From Eledone cirrhosa (taxonomy: Eukaryota), in NCBI GenBank assembly GCA_964016885.1, contig CAXHJY010001441.1, forward strand, positions 62,001-126,000: DNA of 64,000 nt, given 5' to 3'. This document shows, piece after piece, positions 17,801 to 36,500 of the stretch. Position 1 is the stretch's first letter. Every line of letters begins with the position of its first letter. The position numbers were made by a program, and so were the translations under genes. Under the pieces are notes generated by a model. That model was not told the origin of the DNA and searched no databases. It was given only the letters and a program-made list of their open reading frames with translations.

Positions 17801-20800
17801 CACACATACACATACAGTGAGACACTCACACACATAGACACAAGTGTCACACATACACATACAGTGAGACACTCACACACAGAGACACAAGTGACACACA
17901 TACACATACAGTGAGACACTCACACACATAGACACAAGTGTCACACATACACATACAGTGAGGCACTCACACACATAGACACAAGTGACACACATACACA
18001 TACAGACAGACACTCTCACACATAGACACAAGTGGACACACATACACATACAGTGAGATACTCACACACATAGACACAAGTGGACACACATACACATACA
18101 GTGAGACACTCACACACATAGACACAAGTGACACACATACACATACAGTGAGACACTCACACACATAGACACAAGTGTCACACATACACATACAGTGAGA
18201 CACTCACACACATAGGCACAAGTGACACACATACACATACAGACAGACACTCACACACATAGACACAAGTGACACACATACACATACAGTGAGACACTCA
18301 CACACATAGACACAAGTGGACACACATACACATACAGACAGACACTCACACACAAAGACACAAGTGACACACATACACATACAGTGAGATACTCACACAC
18401 ATAGACACAAGTGGACACACATACACATACAGACAGACACTCACACACAAAGACACAAGTGGACACACATACACATACAGACAGACACTCACACACATAG
18501 ACACATGTGGACACACATACACATACAGACAGACACTCACACACATAGACACAAGTGTCACACATACACATACAGTGAGACACTCACACACATAGACACA
18601 AGTGACACACATACACATACAGTGAGACACTCACACACATAGACACAAGAGACACACATACACATACAGACAGACACTCACACACATAGACACAAGTGGA
18701 CACACATACACATACAGACAGACACTCACACACATAGACACAAGTGTCACACATACACATACAGTGAGACACTCACACACATAGACACAAGTGACACACA
18801 TACACATACAGTGAGACACTCACACACATAGACACAAGTGGACACACATACACATACAGTGAGACACTCACACACATAGACACAAGTGTCACACATACAC
18901 ATACAGTGAGACACTCACACACATAGACACAAGTGGACACATACACATACAGTGAGACACTCACACACATAGACACAAGTGTCACACATACACATACAGT
19001 GAGACACTCACACACATAGACACAAGTGGACACACATACACATACAGTGAGACACTCACACACATAGACACAAGTGGACACACATACACATACAGTGAGA
19101 CACTCACACACATAGACACAAGTGGACACACATACACATACAGACAGACACTCACACACATAGACACAAGTGACACACATACACATACAGTGAGATACTC
19201 ACACACATAGACACAAGTGGAGACACATACACATACAGTGAGACACTCACACACATAGACACAAGTGTCACACATACACATACAGTGTGACACTCACACA
19301 CATAGACACAAGTGGACACACATACACATACAGTGAGACACTCACACACATAGACACAAGTGGACACACATACACATACAGACAGACACTCACACACATA
19401 GACACAAGTGACACACATACACATACAGTGAGATACTCACACACATAGACACAAGTGGAGACACATACACATACAGTGAGACACTCACACACATAGACAC
19501 AAGTGTCACACATACACATACAGTGAGACACTCACACACATAGACACAAGTGTCACACATACACATACAGTGAGACACTCACACACATAGACACAAGTGG
19601 ACACACATACACATACAGTGAGACACTCACACACATAGACACAAGTGTCACACATACACATACAGTGAGACACTCACACACATAGACACAAGTGGACACA
19701 CATACACATACAGTGAGACACTCACACACATAGACACAAGTGGACACACATACACATACAGTGAGACACTCACACACAAAGACACAAGTGGACACACATA
19801 CACATACAGTGAGACACTCACACACATAGACACAAGTGGACACACATACACATACAGTGAGACACTCACACACAAAGACACAAGTGGACACACATACACA
19901 TACAGTGAGACACTCACTCACAAAGACACAAGTGGACACACATACACATACAGACAGACACTCACACACATAGACACCAGTGGACACACATACACATACA
20001 GTGAGACACTCACACACATAGACACAAGTGACACACATACACATACAGTGAGATACTCACACACATAGACACAAGTGGAGACACATACACATACAGACAG
20101 ACACTCACACACACAGACAGAAGTGGACACACTTACACATACAGTGAGACACTCACACACATAGACACAAGTGTCACACATACACATACAGACAGACACT
20201 CACACACACAGACAGAAGTGGACACACTTACACATACAGTGAGACACTCACACACATAGACACAAGTGACACACATACACATACAGTGAGACACTCACAC
20301 ACAAAGACAGAAGTGGACACACATACACATACAGTGAGACACTCACACACAAAGACACAAGTGGACACACATACACATACAGACAGACACTCACACACAT
20401 AGACACAAGTGACACACATACACATACAGTGAGACACTCACACACATAGACACAAGTTGACACACATACACATACAGTGAGACACTTACACACAAAGACA
20501 CAAGTGGACACACATACAAATACAGACAGACACTCACACACATAGACACAACTGGACACACATACACATACAGTGAGGCACTCACACACATAGACACAAG
20601 TGGACACACATACACATACAGTGAGACACTCACACACAAAGACACAAGTGGACACACATACAAATACAGACAGACACTCTCACACATAGACACAAGTGAC
20701 ACACATACACATACAGTGAGACACTCACACACATAGACACAAGTGTCACACATACACATACAGTGAGACACTCACACACATAGACACAAGTGGACACACA

Positions 20801-23123
20801 TACACATACAGACAGACACTCACACACAAAGACACAAGTGTCACACATACACATACAGTGAGACACTCACACACATAGACACAAGTGTCACACATACACA
20901 TACAGTGAGGCACTCACACACAGAGACACAAGTGACACACATACACATACAGTGAGACACTAACACACATAGACACAAGTGTCACACATACACATACAGT
21001 GAGATACTCACACACATAGACACAAGTGGACACACATACACATACAGTGTGACACTCACACACATAGACACACGTGGACACACATACACATACAGTGAGA
21101 CACTCACACACATAGACACAAGTGGACACACATACACATACAGACAGACACTCACACACATAGACACAAGTGGACACACATACACATACAGACAGACACT
21201 CACACACATAGACACAAGTGGACACACATACACATACAGACAGACACTCACACACATAGACACAAGTGGACACACATACACATACAGTGAGACACTCACA
21301 CACATAGACACAAGTGTCACACATACACATACAGTGAGACACTCACACACATAGACACAAGTGGATACACATACACATACAGTGAGATACTCACACACAT
21401 AGACACAAGTGGACACAGATACACATACAGACAGACACTCACACACATAGACACAAGTGGACACACATACACATACAGTGAGACACTCTCACACATAGAC
21501 ACGAGTGGACAGACATACACATACAGTGAGACACTCACACACATAGACACAAGTGACACACATACACATACAGTGAGACACTCACACACATAGACAGAAG
21601 TGGACACACATACACATACAGTGAGACACTCACACACATAGACACAAGTGACACACATACACATACAGTGAGGCACTCACACACATAGACAGAAGTGGAC
21701 ACACATACACATACAGTGAGACACTCACACACATAGACAGAAGTGGACACACATACACATACAGTGAGACGCTCACACACATAGACACAAGTGGACACAC
21801 ATACACATACAGACAGACACTCACACACATAGACACAGGTGGACACACATACACATACAGTGAGACACTCACACACATAGACACAAGTGACACACATACA
21901 CATACAGTGAGACACTCACACACATAGACAGAAGTGGACACACATACACATACAGTGAGACACTCACACACATAGACAGAAGTGGACACACATACACATA
22001 CAGTGAGACGCTCACACACATAGACACAAGTGACACACATACACATACAGTGAGACACTCACACACATAGACACAAGTGACACACATACACATACAGACA
22101 GACACTCACACACATAGACACAAGTGGACACACATACACATACAGACAGACACTCACACACATAGACACAAGTGTCACACATACACATACAGTGAGACAC
22201 TCACACACATATACACAAGTGACACACATACACATACATACAGACACTCACACACATAGACACAAGTGACACACATACACATACAGTGTGACACTCACAC
22301 ACATAGACACAAGTGGACACACATACACATACAGTGAGACACTCACACACATAGACACAAGTGGACACACATACACATACAGTGAGACACTCACACACAT
22401 AGACACAAGTGATACACATACACATACAGTGAGATACTCACACACATAGACACAAGTGGAGACACATACACATACAGTGAGACACTCACACACATAGACA
22501 CAAGTGGACACACATACACATACAGTGAGATACTCACACACATAGACACAAGTGTCACACATACACATACAGACAGACACTCACACACATAGACACAAGT
22601 GTCACACATACACATACAGTGAGACACTCACACACATAGACACAAGTGTCACACATACACATACATACAGACACTCACACACATAGACACAAGTGGACAC
22701 ACATACACATACAGACAGACACTCACACACATAGACACAAGTGGACACACATACACATACAGACAGACACTCACACACATAGACAGAAGTGGACACACTT
22801 ACACATACAGACAGACACTCACACACAAAGACACAAGTGGACACACATACACATACAGTGAGACACTCACACACAAAGACACAAGTGGACACACATACAC
22901 ATACAGTGAGACACTCACACACATAGACACAAGTGGACACACATACACATACAGTGAGACACTCACACACAAAGACACAAGTGGACACACATACACATAC
23001 AGTGAGACACTCACTCACAAAGACACAAGTGGACACACATACACATACAGACAGACACTCACACACATAGACACAAGTGGACACACATACACATACAGTG
23101 AGACACTCACACACATAGACACA

Positions 23124-26100
23124 GGTGACACACATACACATACAGTGAGATACTCACACACATAGACACAAGTGGAGACACATACACATACAGACAGACA
23201 CTCACACACACAGACAGAAGTGGACACACTTACACATACAGTGAGACACTCACACACATAGACACAAGTGTCACACATACACATACAGTGAGACACTCAC
23301 ACACATAGACACAAGTGGACACATACACATACAGTGAGACACTCACACACATATACACAAGTGACACATATACACATACATACAGACACTCACACACATA
23401 GACACAAGTGACACACATACACATACAGTGTGACACTCACACACATAGACACAAGTGGACACACATACACATACAGTGAGACACTCACACACATAGACAC
23501 AAGTGGACACACATACACATACAGTGAGACACTCACACACATAGACACAAGTGACACACATACACATACAGTGAGATACTCACACACATAGACACAAGTG
23601 GAGACACATACACATACAGTGAGACACTCACACACATAGACACAAGTGTCACACATACACATACAGTGAGACACTCACACACATAGACACAAGTGTCACA
23701 CATACACATACAGTGAGACACTCACACACATAGACACAAGTGGACACACATACACATACAGTGAGACACTCACACACATAGACACAAGTGGACACACATA
23801 CACATACAGTGAGATACTCACACACATAGACACAAGTGTCACACATACACATACAGACAGACACTCACACACATAAACACAAGTGTCACACATACACATA
23901 CAGACAGACACTCACACACATAGACAGAAGTGGACACACTTACACATACAGACAGACACTCACACACAAAGACACAAGTGGACACACATACACATACAGT
24001 GAGACACTCACACACAAAGACACAAGTGGACACACATACACATACAGTGAGACACTCACACACATAGACACAAGTGGACACACATACACATACAGTGAGA
24101 CACATAGACTCAAAGACACAAGTGGACACACATACACATACAGTGAGACACTCACTCACAAAGACACAAGTGGACACACATACACATACAGACAGACACT
24201 CACACACATAGACACAAGTGGACACACATACACATACAGTGAGACACTCACACACATAGACACAAGTGACACACATACACATACAGTGAGACACTCACAC
24301 ACATAGACACAAGTGGACACACATACACATACAGACAGACACTCACACACAAAGACACAAGTGTCACACATACACATACAGTGAGACACTCACACACATA
24401 GACACAAGTGTCACACATACACATACAGTGAGACACTCACACACAGAGACACAAGTGACACACATACACATACAGTGAGACACTAACACACATAGACACA
24501 AGTGTCACACATACACATACAGTGAGATACTCACACACATAGACACAAGTGGACACACATACACATACAGTGTGACACTCACACACATAGACACAAGTGG
24601 ACACACATACACATACAGTGAGACACTCACACACATAGACACAAGTGTCACACATACACATACAGTGAGACACTCACACACATAGACACGAGTGGATACA
24701 CATACACATACAGTGAGATACTCACACACATAGACACAAGTGGACACAGATACACATACAGACAGACACTCACACACATAGACACAAGTGGACACACATA
24801 CACATACAGACAGACACTCTCACACATAGACACAAGTGGACACACATACACATACAGTGAGACACTCTCACACATAGACACAAGTGGACAGACATACACA
24901 TACAGTGAGACACTCACACACATAGACACAAGTGACACACATACACATACAGTGAGACACTCACACACATAGACAGAAGTGGACACACATACACATACAG
25001 TGAGACACTCACACACATAGACACAAGTGACACACATACACATACAGTGAGGCACTCACACACATAGACAGAAGTGGACACACATACACATACAGTGAGA
25101 CACTCACACACATAGACAGAAGTGGACACACATACACATACAGTGAGACGCTCACACACATAGACACAAGTGACACACATACACATACAGTGAGACACTC
25201 ACACACATAGACAGAAGTGGACACACATACACATACAGTGAGACACTCACACACATAGACAGAAGTGGACACACATACACATACAGTGAGACGCTCACAC
25301 ACATAGACACAAGTGACACACATACACATACAGTGAGACACTCACACACATAGACACAAGTGACACACATACACATACAGACAGACACTCACACACATAG
25401 ACACAAGTGGACACACATACACATACAGACAGACACTCACACACATAGACACAAGTGTCACACATACACATACAGTGAGACACTCACACACATATACACA
25501 AGTGACACACATACACATACATACAGACACTCACACACATAGACACAAGTGACACACATACACATACAGTGTGACACTCACACACATAGACACAAGTGGA
25601 CACACATACACATACAGTGAGACACTCACACACATAGACACAAGTGGACACACATACACATACAGTGAGACACTCACACACATAGACACAGGTGACACAC
25701 ATACACATACAGTGAGATACTCACACACATAGACACAAGTGGAGACACATACACATACAGACAGACACTCACACACACAGACAGAAGTGGACACACTTAC
25801 ACATACAGTGAGACACTCACACACATAGACACAAGTGTCACACATACACATACAGTGAGACACTCACACACATAGACACAAGTGGACACATACACATACA
25901 GTGAGACACTCACACACATATACACAAGTGACACATATACACATACATACAGACACTCACACACATAGACACAAGTGACACACATACACATACAGTGTGA
26001 CACTCACACACATAGACACAAGTGGACACACATACACATACAGTGAGACACTCACACACATAGACACAAGTGGACACACATACACATACAGTGAGACACT

Positions 26101-28257
26101 CACACACATAGACACAAGTGACACACATACACATACAGTGAGATACTCACACACATAGACACAAGTGGAGACACATACACATACAGTGAGACACTCACAC
26201 ACATAGACACAAGTGTCACACATACACATACAGTGAGACACTCACACACATAGACACAAGTGTCACACATACACATACAGTGAGACACTCACACACATAG
26301 ACACAAGTGGACACACATACACATACAGTGAGACACTCACACACATAGACACAAGTGGACACACATACACATACAGTGAGATACTCACACACATAGACAC
26401 AAGTGTCACACATACACATACAGACAGACACTCACACACATAAACACAAGTGTCACACATACACATACAGACAGACACTCACACACATAGACAGAAGTGG
26501 ACACACTTACACATACAGACAGACACTCACACACAAAGACACAAGTGGACACACATACACATACAGTGAGACACTCACACACAAAGACACAAGTGGACAC
26601 ACATACACATACAGTGAGACACTCACACACATAGACACAAGTGGACACACATACACATACAGTGAGACACATAGACTCAAAGACACAAGTGGACACACAT
26701 ACACATACAGTGAGACACTCACTCACAAAGACACAAGTGGACACACATACACATACAGACAGACACTCACACACATAGACACAAGTGGACACACATACAC
26801 ATACAGTGAGACACTCACACACATAGACACAAGTGACACACATACACATACAGTGAGACACTCACACACATAGACACAAGTGGACACACATACACATACA
26901 GACAGACACTCACACACAAAGACACAAGTGTCACACATACACATACAGTGAGACACTCACACACATAGACACAAGTGTCACACATACACATACAGTGAGA
27001 CACTCACACACAGAGACACAAGTGACACACATACACATACAGTGAGACACTAACACACATAGACACAAGTGTCACACATACACATACAGTGAGATACTCA
27101 CACACATAGACACAAGTGGACACACATACACATACAGTGTGACACTCACACACATAGACACAAGTGGACACACATACACATACAGTGAGACACTCACACA
27201 CATAGACACAAGTGTCACACATACACATACAGTGAGACACTCACACACATAGACACGAGTGGATACACATACACATACAGTGAGATACTCACACACATAG
27301 ACACAAGTGGACACAGATACACATACAGACAGACACTCACACACATAGACACAAGTGGACACACATACACATACAGACAGACACTCTCACACATAGACAC
27401 AAGTGGACACACATACACATACAGTGAGACACTCTCACACATAGACACAAGTGGACAGACATACACATACAGTGAGACACTCACACACATAGACACAAGT
27501 GACACACATACACATACAGTGAGACACTCACACACATAGACAGAAGTGGACACACATACACATACAGTGAGACACTCACACACATAGACACAAGTGACAC
27601 ACATACACATACAGTGAGGCACTCACACACATAGACAGAAGTGGACACACATACACATACAGTGAGACACTCACACACATAGACAGAAGTGGACACACAT
27701 ACACATACAGTGAGACGCTCACACACATAGACACAAGTGACACACATACACATACAGTGAGACACTCACACACATAGACAGAAGTGGACACACATACACA
27801 TACAGTGAGACACTCACACACATAGACAGAAGTGGACACACATACACATACAGTGAGACGCTCACACACATAGACACAAGTGACACACATACACATACAG
27901 TGAGACACTCACACACATAGACACAAGTGACACACATACACATACAGACAGACACTCACACACATAGACACAAGTGGACACACATACACATACAGACAGA
28001 CACTCACACACATAGACACAAGTGTCACACATACACATACAGTGAGACACTCACACACATATACACAAGTGACACACATACACATACATACAGACACTCA
28101 CACACATAGACACAAGTGACACACATACACATACAGTGTGACACTCACACACATAGACACAAGTGGACACACATACACATACAGTGAGACACTCACACAC
28201 ATAGACACAAGTGGACACACATACACATACAGTGAGACACTCACACACATAGACACA
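23124..28257 (+). repeat. Tandem duplication of a 2,567-bp (~54-monomer) block: 23124-25690 and 25691-28257
   Basis: Identical ORF translations at +2,567 (23230/25797, 23836/26403, 24648/27215, 25484/28051). Markers CAGGTGAC 23124/25691 and CACATAGACTC 24101/26668. Match spans 23053-25690 vs 25620-28257. Confidence 0.93.
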
Positions 28258-30584
28258 AGTGACACACATACACATACAGTGAGATACTCACACACATAGA
28301 CACAAGTGGAGACACATACACATACAGTGAGACACTCACACACATAGACACAAGTGGACACACATACACATACAGTGAGACACTCACACACATAGACACA
28401 AGTGGACACACATACACATACAGACAGACACTCACACACATAGACACAAGTGGACACACATACACATACAGTGAGATACTCACACACATAGACACAAGTG
28501 GACACACATACACATACAGTGAGATACTCACACACATAGACACAAGTGGACACACATACACATACAGTGAGACACTCACACACATAGACACAAGTGTCAC
28601 ACATACACATACAGACAGACACTCACACACATAGACACAAGTGTCACACATACACATACAGTGAGACACTCACACACATAGACACAAGTGGACACACATA
28701 CACATACAGTGAGACACTCACACACATAGACACAAGTGTCACACATACACATACAGTGAGACACTCACACACATAGACACAAGTGACACACATACACATA
28801 CAGTGAGATACTCACACACATAGACACAAGTGGAGACACATACACATACAGACAGACACTCACACACACAGACAGAAGTGGACACACTTACACATACAGT
28901 GAGACACTCACACACATAGACACAAGTGTCACACATACACATACAGACAGACACTCACACACATAGACAGAAGTGGACACACTTACACATACAGTGAGAC
29001 ACTCACACACAAAGACACAAGTGGACACACATAAACATACAGTGAGACACTCACACACAAAGACACAAGTGGACACACATACACATACAGACAGACACTC
29101 ACACACATAGACACAAGTGACACACATACACATACAGTGAGACACTCACACACATAGACACAAGTGGACACACATACACATACAGTGAGACACTCACACA
29201 CAAAGACACAAGTGGACACACATACAAATACAGACAGACACTCACACACATAGACACAAGTGGACACACATACACATACAGTGAGACACTCACACACAAA
29301 GACACAAGTGGACACACATACAAATACAGACAGACACTCTCACACATAGACACAAGTGACACACATATACATACAGTGAGACACTCACACACATAGACAC
29401 AAGTGTCACACATACACATACAGTGAGACACTCACACACATAGACACAAGTGGACACACATACACATACAGACAGACACTCACACACAAAGACACAAGTG
29501 TCACACATACACATACAGTGAGACACTCACACACATAGACACAAGTGTCACACATACACATACAGTGAGACACTCACACACAGAGACACAAGTGACACAC
29601 ATACACATACAGTGAGACACTAACACACATAGACACAAGTGTCACACATACACATACAGTGAGATACTCACACACATAGACACAAGTGGACACACATACA
29701 CATACAGTGTGACACTCACACACATAGACACAAGTGGACACACATACACATACAGTGAGACACTCACACACATAGACACAAGTGTCACACATACACATAC
29801 AGTGAGACACTCACACACATAGACACAAGTGGATACACATACACATACAGTGAGATACTCACACACATAGACACAAGTGGACACACATACACATACAGAC
29901 AGACACTCACACACATAGACACAAGTGGACACACATACACATACAGTGAGACACTCTCACACATAGACACAAGTGGACAGACATACACATACAGTGAGAC
30001 ACTCACACACATAGACACAAGTGACACACATACACATACAGTGAGGCACTCACACACATAGACAGAAGTGGACACACATACACATACAGTGAGACACTCA
30101 CACACATAGACAGAAGTGGACACACATACACATACAGTGAGACGCTCACACACATAGACACAAGTGACACACATACACATACAGTGAGACACTCACACAC
30201 ATAGACAGAAGTGGACACACATACACATACAGTGAGACACTCACACACATAGACAGAAGTGGACACACATACACATACAGTGAGACGCTCACACACATAG
30301 ACACAAGTGACACACATACACATACAGTGAGACACTCACACACATAGACAGAAGTGGACACACATACACATACAGACAGACACTCACACACAAAGACACA
30401 AGTGGACACACATACACATACAGTGAGACACTCACACACATAGACACAAGTGGACACACATACACATACAGACAGACACTCACACACAAAGACACAAGTG
30501 GACACACATACACATACAGACAGACACTCACACACATAGACACAAGTGGACACACATACACATACAGACAGACACTCACACACA

Positions 30585-33500
30585 TAGACACAAGTGACTC
30601 ACATACACATACAGACGGACACTCACACACATCGACACAAGTGTCACACATACACATACAGTGAGACACTCACACACATAGACACAAGTGGACACACATA
30701 CACATACAGTGAGACACTCACACACATAGACACAAGTGGACACACATACACATACAGTGAGACACTCACACACATAGACACAAGTGACACACATACACAT
30801 ACAGTGAGACACTCACACACATAGACACAAGTGTCACACATACACATACAGTGAGACACTCACACACATAGACACAAGTGGACACACATACACATACAGT
30901 GAGACACTCACACACATAGACACAAGTGGACAAACATACACATACAGTGAGACACTCTCACACATAGACACAAGTGGACACACATACACATACAGACAGA
31001 CACTCACACACGTAGACACAAGTGGACACATACACATACAGTGAGACACTCACACACATAGACACAAGTGTCACACATACACATACAGTGAGACACTGAC
31101 ACACATAGACACAAGTGGACACACATACACATACAGTGAGACACTCACACACATAGACACAAGTGGACACACATACACATACAGTGAGATACTCACACAC
31201 ATAGACACAAGTGGACACACATACACATACAGACAGACACTCACACACATAGACACAAGTGACACACATACACATACAGACAGACACTCACACACATAGA
31301 CACAAGTGGACACACATACACATACAGTGAGACACTCACACACATAGACACAAGTGTCACACATACACATACAGTGAGACACTCACACACATAGACACAA
31401 GTGGACACACATACACATACAGTGAGACACTCACACACATAGACACAAGTAGACACACATACACATACAGTGAGACACTCACACACATAGACACAAGTGG
31501 ACACACACATACAGTGAGACACTCACACACATAGACACAAGTGGACACACATACACATTCAGTGAGACACTCACACACATAGACACAAGTGGACACACAT
31601 ACACATACAGACAGACACTCACACACATAGACACAAGTGGACACACATACACATACAGTGAGACACTCACACACATAGACACAAGTGTTACACATACACA
31701 TACAGTGAGGCACTCACACACATAGACACAAGTGGACACACATACACATACAGACAGACACTCACACACATAGACACAAGTGGACACACATACACATACA
31801 GTGAGACACTCACACACATAGACACAAGTGGACACACATACACATACAGAGAGACACTCACACACATAGACACAAGTGGACACACATACACATACAGTGA
31901 GACACTCTCACACATAGACACAAGTGGACACACATACACATACAGACAGACACTCACACACATAGACACAAGTGGACACACATACACATACAGACAGACA
32001 CTCACACACATAGACACAAGTGTCACACATACACATACAGTGAGACACTCACACACATAGATACAAGTGGACACATACACATACAGTGAGACACTCACAC
32101 ACATATACACAAGTGACACACATACACATACATACAGACACTCACACACATAGACACAAGTGACACACATACACATACAGTGTGACACTCACACACATAG
32201 TCACAAGTGGACACACATACACATACAGTGAGACACTCACACACATAGACACAAGTGGACACACATACACATACAGTGAGACACTCACACACATAGACAC
32301 AAGTGACACACATACACATACAGTGAGATACTCACACACATAGACACAAATGGAGACACATACACATACAGTGAGACACTCACACACATAGACACAAGTG
32401 TCACACATACACATACAGTGAGACACTCACACACATAGACACAAGTGTCACACATACACATACAGTGAGACACTCACACACATAGACACAAGTGGACACA
32501 CATACACATACAGTGAGACACTCACACACATAGACACAAGTGGACACACATACACATACAGTGAGATACTCACACACATAGACACAAGTGTCACACATAC
32601 ACATACAGACAGACACTCACACACATAGACACAAGTGTCACACATACACATACAGACAGACACTCACACACATAGACAGAAGTGGACACACTTACACATA
32701 CAGACAGACACTCACACACACAGACACAAGTGGACACACATACACATACAGTGAGACACTCACACACAAAGACACAAGTGGACACACATACACATACAGT
32801 GAGACACTCACACACAAAAACACAAGTGGACACACATACACATACAGACAGACACTCACACACATAGACACAAGTGGACACACATACACATACAGTGAGA
32901 CACTCACACACATAGACACAAGTGACACACATACACATACAGTGAGATACTCACACACATAGACACAAGTGTCACACATACACATACAGACAGACACTCA
33001 CACACATAGACAGAAGTGGACACACTTACACATACAGTGAGACACTCACACACAAAGACACAAGTGGACACACATACACATACAGTGAGACACTCACACA
33101 CAAAGACACAAGTGGACACACATACACATACAGTGAGACACTCACACACAAAGACACAAGTGGACACACATACACATACAGACAGACACTCACACACGTA
33201 GACACAAGTGACACACATACACATACAGTGAGACACTCACACACATAGACACAAGTGGACACACATACACATACAGTGAGACACTCACACACAAAGACAC
33301 AAGTGGACACACATACAAATACAGACAGACACTCACACACATAGACACATGTGACACACATACACATACAGTGAGACACTCACACACATAGACACAAGTG
33401 GACACACATACAAATACAGACAGACACTCACACACATAGACACAAGTGGACACACATACACATACAGTGAGACACTCACACACAAAGACACAAGTGGACA

Positions 33501-36500
33501 CACATACAGATACAGACAGACACTCTCACACATAGACACAAGTGACACACATACACATACAGTGAGACACTCACACACATAGACACAAGTGTCACACATA
33601 CACATACAGTGAGACACTCACACACATAGACACAAGTGGACACACATACACATACAGACAGACACTCACACACAAAGACACAAGTGTCACACATACACAT
33701 ACAGTGAGACACTCACACACATAGACACAAGTGTCACACATACACATACAGTGAGACACTCACACACAGAGACACAAGTGACACACATACACATACAGTG
33801 AGACACTCACACACATAGACACAAGTGTCACACATACACATACAGTGAGATACACACACACATAGACACAAGTGGACACACATACACATACACATACAGT
33901 GTGACACTCACACACATAGACACAAGTGGACACACATATACATACAGTGAGACACTCACACACATAGACACAAGTGTCACACATACACATACAGTGAGAC
34001 ACTCACACACATAGACACAAGTGGACACACATACACATACAGACAGACACTCACACACATAGACACAAGTGACACACATACACATACAGTGAGACACTCA
34101 CACACATAGACACAAGTGGATACACATACACATACAGTGAGATACTCACACACATAGACACAAGTGGACACACATACACATACAGACAGACACTCACACA
34201 CATAGACACAAGTGGACACACATACACATACAGTGAGACACTCTCACACATAGACACAAGTGGACAGACATACACATACAGTGAGACACTCACACACATA
34301 GACACAAGTGACACACATACACATACAGACAGACACTCACACACATAGACACAAGTGGACACACATACACATACAGACAGACACTCACACACATAGACAC
34401 AAGTGTCACACATACACATACAGACAGACACTCACACACATAGACACCAGTGGACACACATACACATACAGACAGACACTCACACACATAGACACAAGTG
34501 TCACACATACACATACAGACAGACACTCACACACATAGACACCAGTGGACACACATACACATACAGACAGACACTCACACACATAGACACAAGTGACACA
34601 CATACACATACAGTGAGACACTCACACACATAGACAGAAGTGGACACACATACACATACAGTGAGACACTCACACACATAGACACAAGTGGACACACATA
34701 CACATACAGACAGACACTCACACACATAGACACAAGTGTCACACATACACATACAGTGAGACACTCTCACACATAGACACAAGTGGACACACATACACAT
34801 ACAGTGAGACACTCACACACATAGACACAAGTGGACACACATACACATACAGTGAGACACTCACACACATAGACAGAAGTGGACACACATACACATACAG
34901 TGAGACACTCACACACATAGACACAAGTGACACACATACACATACAGTGAGGCACTCACACACATAGACAGAAGTGGACACACATACACATACAGTGAGA
35001 CACTCACACACATAGACACAAGTGTCACACATACACATACAGTGAGACACTCACACACATAGACAGAAGTGGACACACATACACATACAGTGAGACACTC
35101 ACACACATAGACAGAAGTGGACACACATACACATACAGTGAGACGCTCACACACATAGACACATGTGACACACATACACATACAGTGAGACACTCACACA
35201 CATAGACAGAAGTGGACACACATACACATACAGTGAGACACTCACACACATAGACAGAAGTGGACACACATACACATACAGTGAGACGCTCACACACATA
35301 GACACAAGTGACACACATACACATACAGTGAGACACTCACACACATAGACACAAGTGGACACACATACACATACAGTGAGACACTCACACACATAGACAC
35401 AAGTGACACACATACACATACAGTGAGATACTCACACACATAGACACAAGTGGAGACACATACACATACAGACAGACACTCACACACACAGACAGAAGTG
35501 GACACACTTACACATACAGTGAGACACTCACACACATAGACACAAGTGGACACACATACACATACAGTGAGACACTCACACACATAGACACAAGTGGACA
35601 CACATACACATACAGTGAGACACTCACACACATAGACACAAGTGTCACACATACACATACAGACAGACACTCACACACATAGACAGAAGTTGACACACTT
35701 ACACATACAGTGAGACACTCACACACAAAGACACAAGTGGACACACATACACATAGAGACAGACACTCACACACATAGACACAAGTGACACACATACACA
35801 TACAGTGAGACACTCACACACATAGACACAAGTGGACACACATACACATACAGTGAGACACTCACACACATAGACACAAGTGTCACACATACACATACAG
35901 TGAGACACTCACACACATAGACACAAGTGGACACACATACACATACAGTGAGACACTCACACACATAGACACAAGTGACACACATACACATACAGTGAGA
36001 CACTCACACACATAGACACAAGTGGACACACATACACATACAGTGAGACACTCACACACATAGACACAAGTGGACACACATACACATACAGTGAGACACT
36101 CACACACATAGACACAAGTGACACACATACACATACAGTGAGACACTCACACACATAGACACAAGTGGACACACATACACATACAGTGAGACACTCACAC
36201 ACATAGACACAAGTGGACACACATACACATACAGTGAGACACTCACACACATAGACACAAGTGGACACACATACACATACAGTGAGACACTCACACACAT
36301 AGACACAAGTGTCACACATACACATACAGTGAGACACTCACACACATAGACACAAGTGGATACACATACACATACAGACAGACACTCACACACATAGACA
36401 CAAGTGGACACACATACACATACAGTGAGACACTCACACACATAGACACAAGTGACACACATACACATACAGACAGACACTCACACACATAGACACAAGT

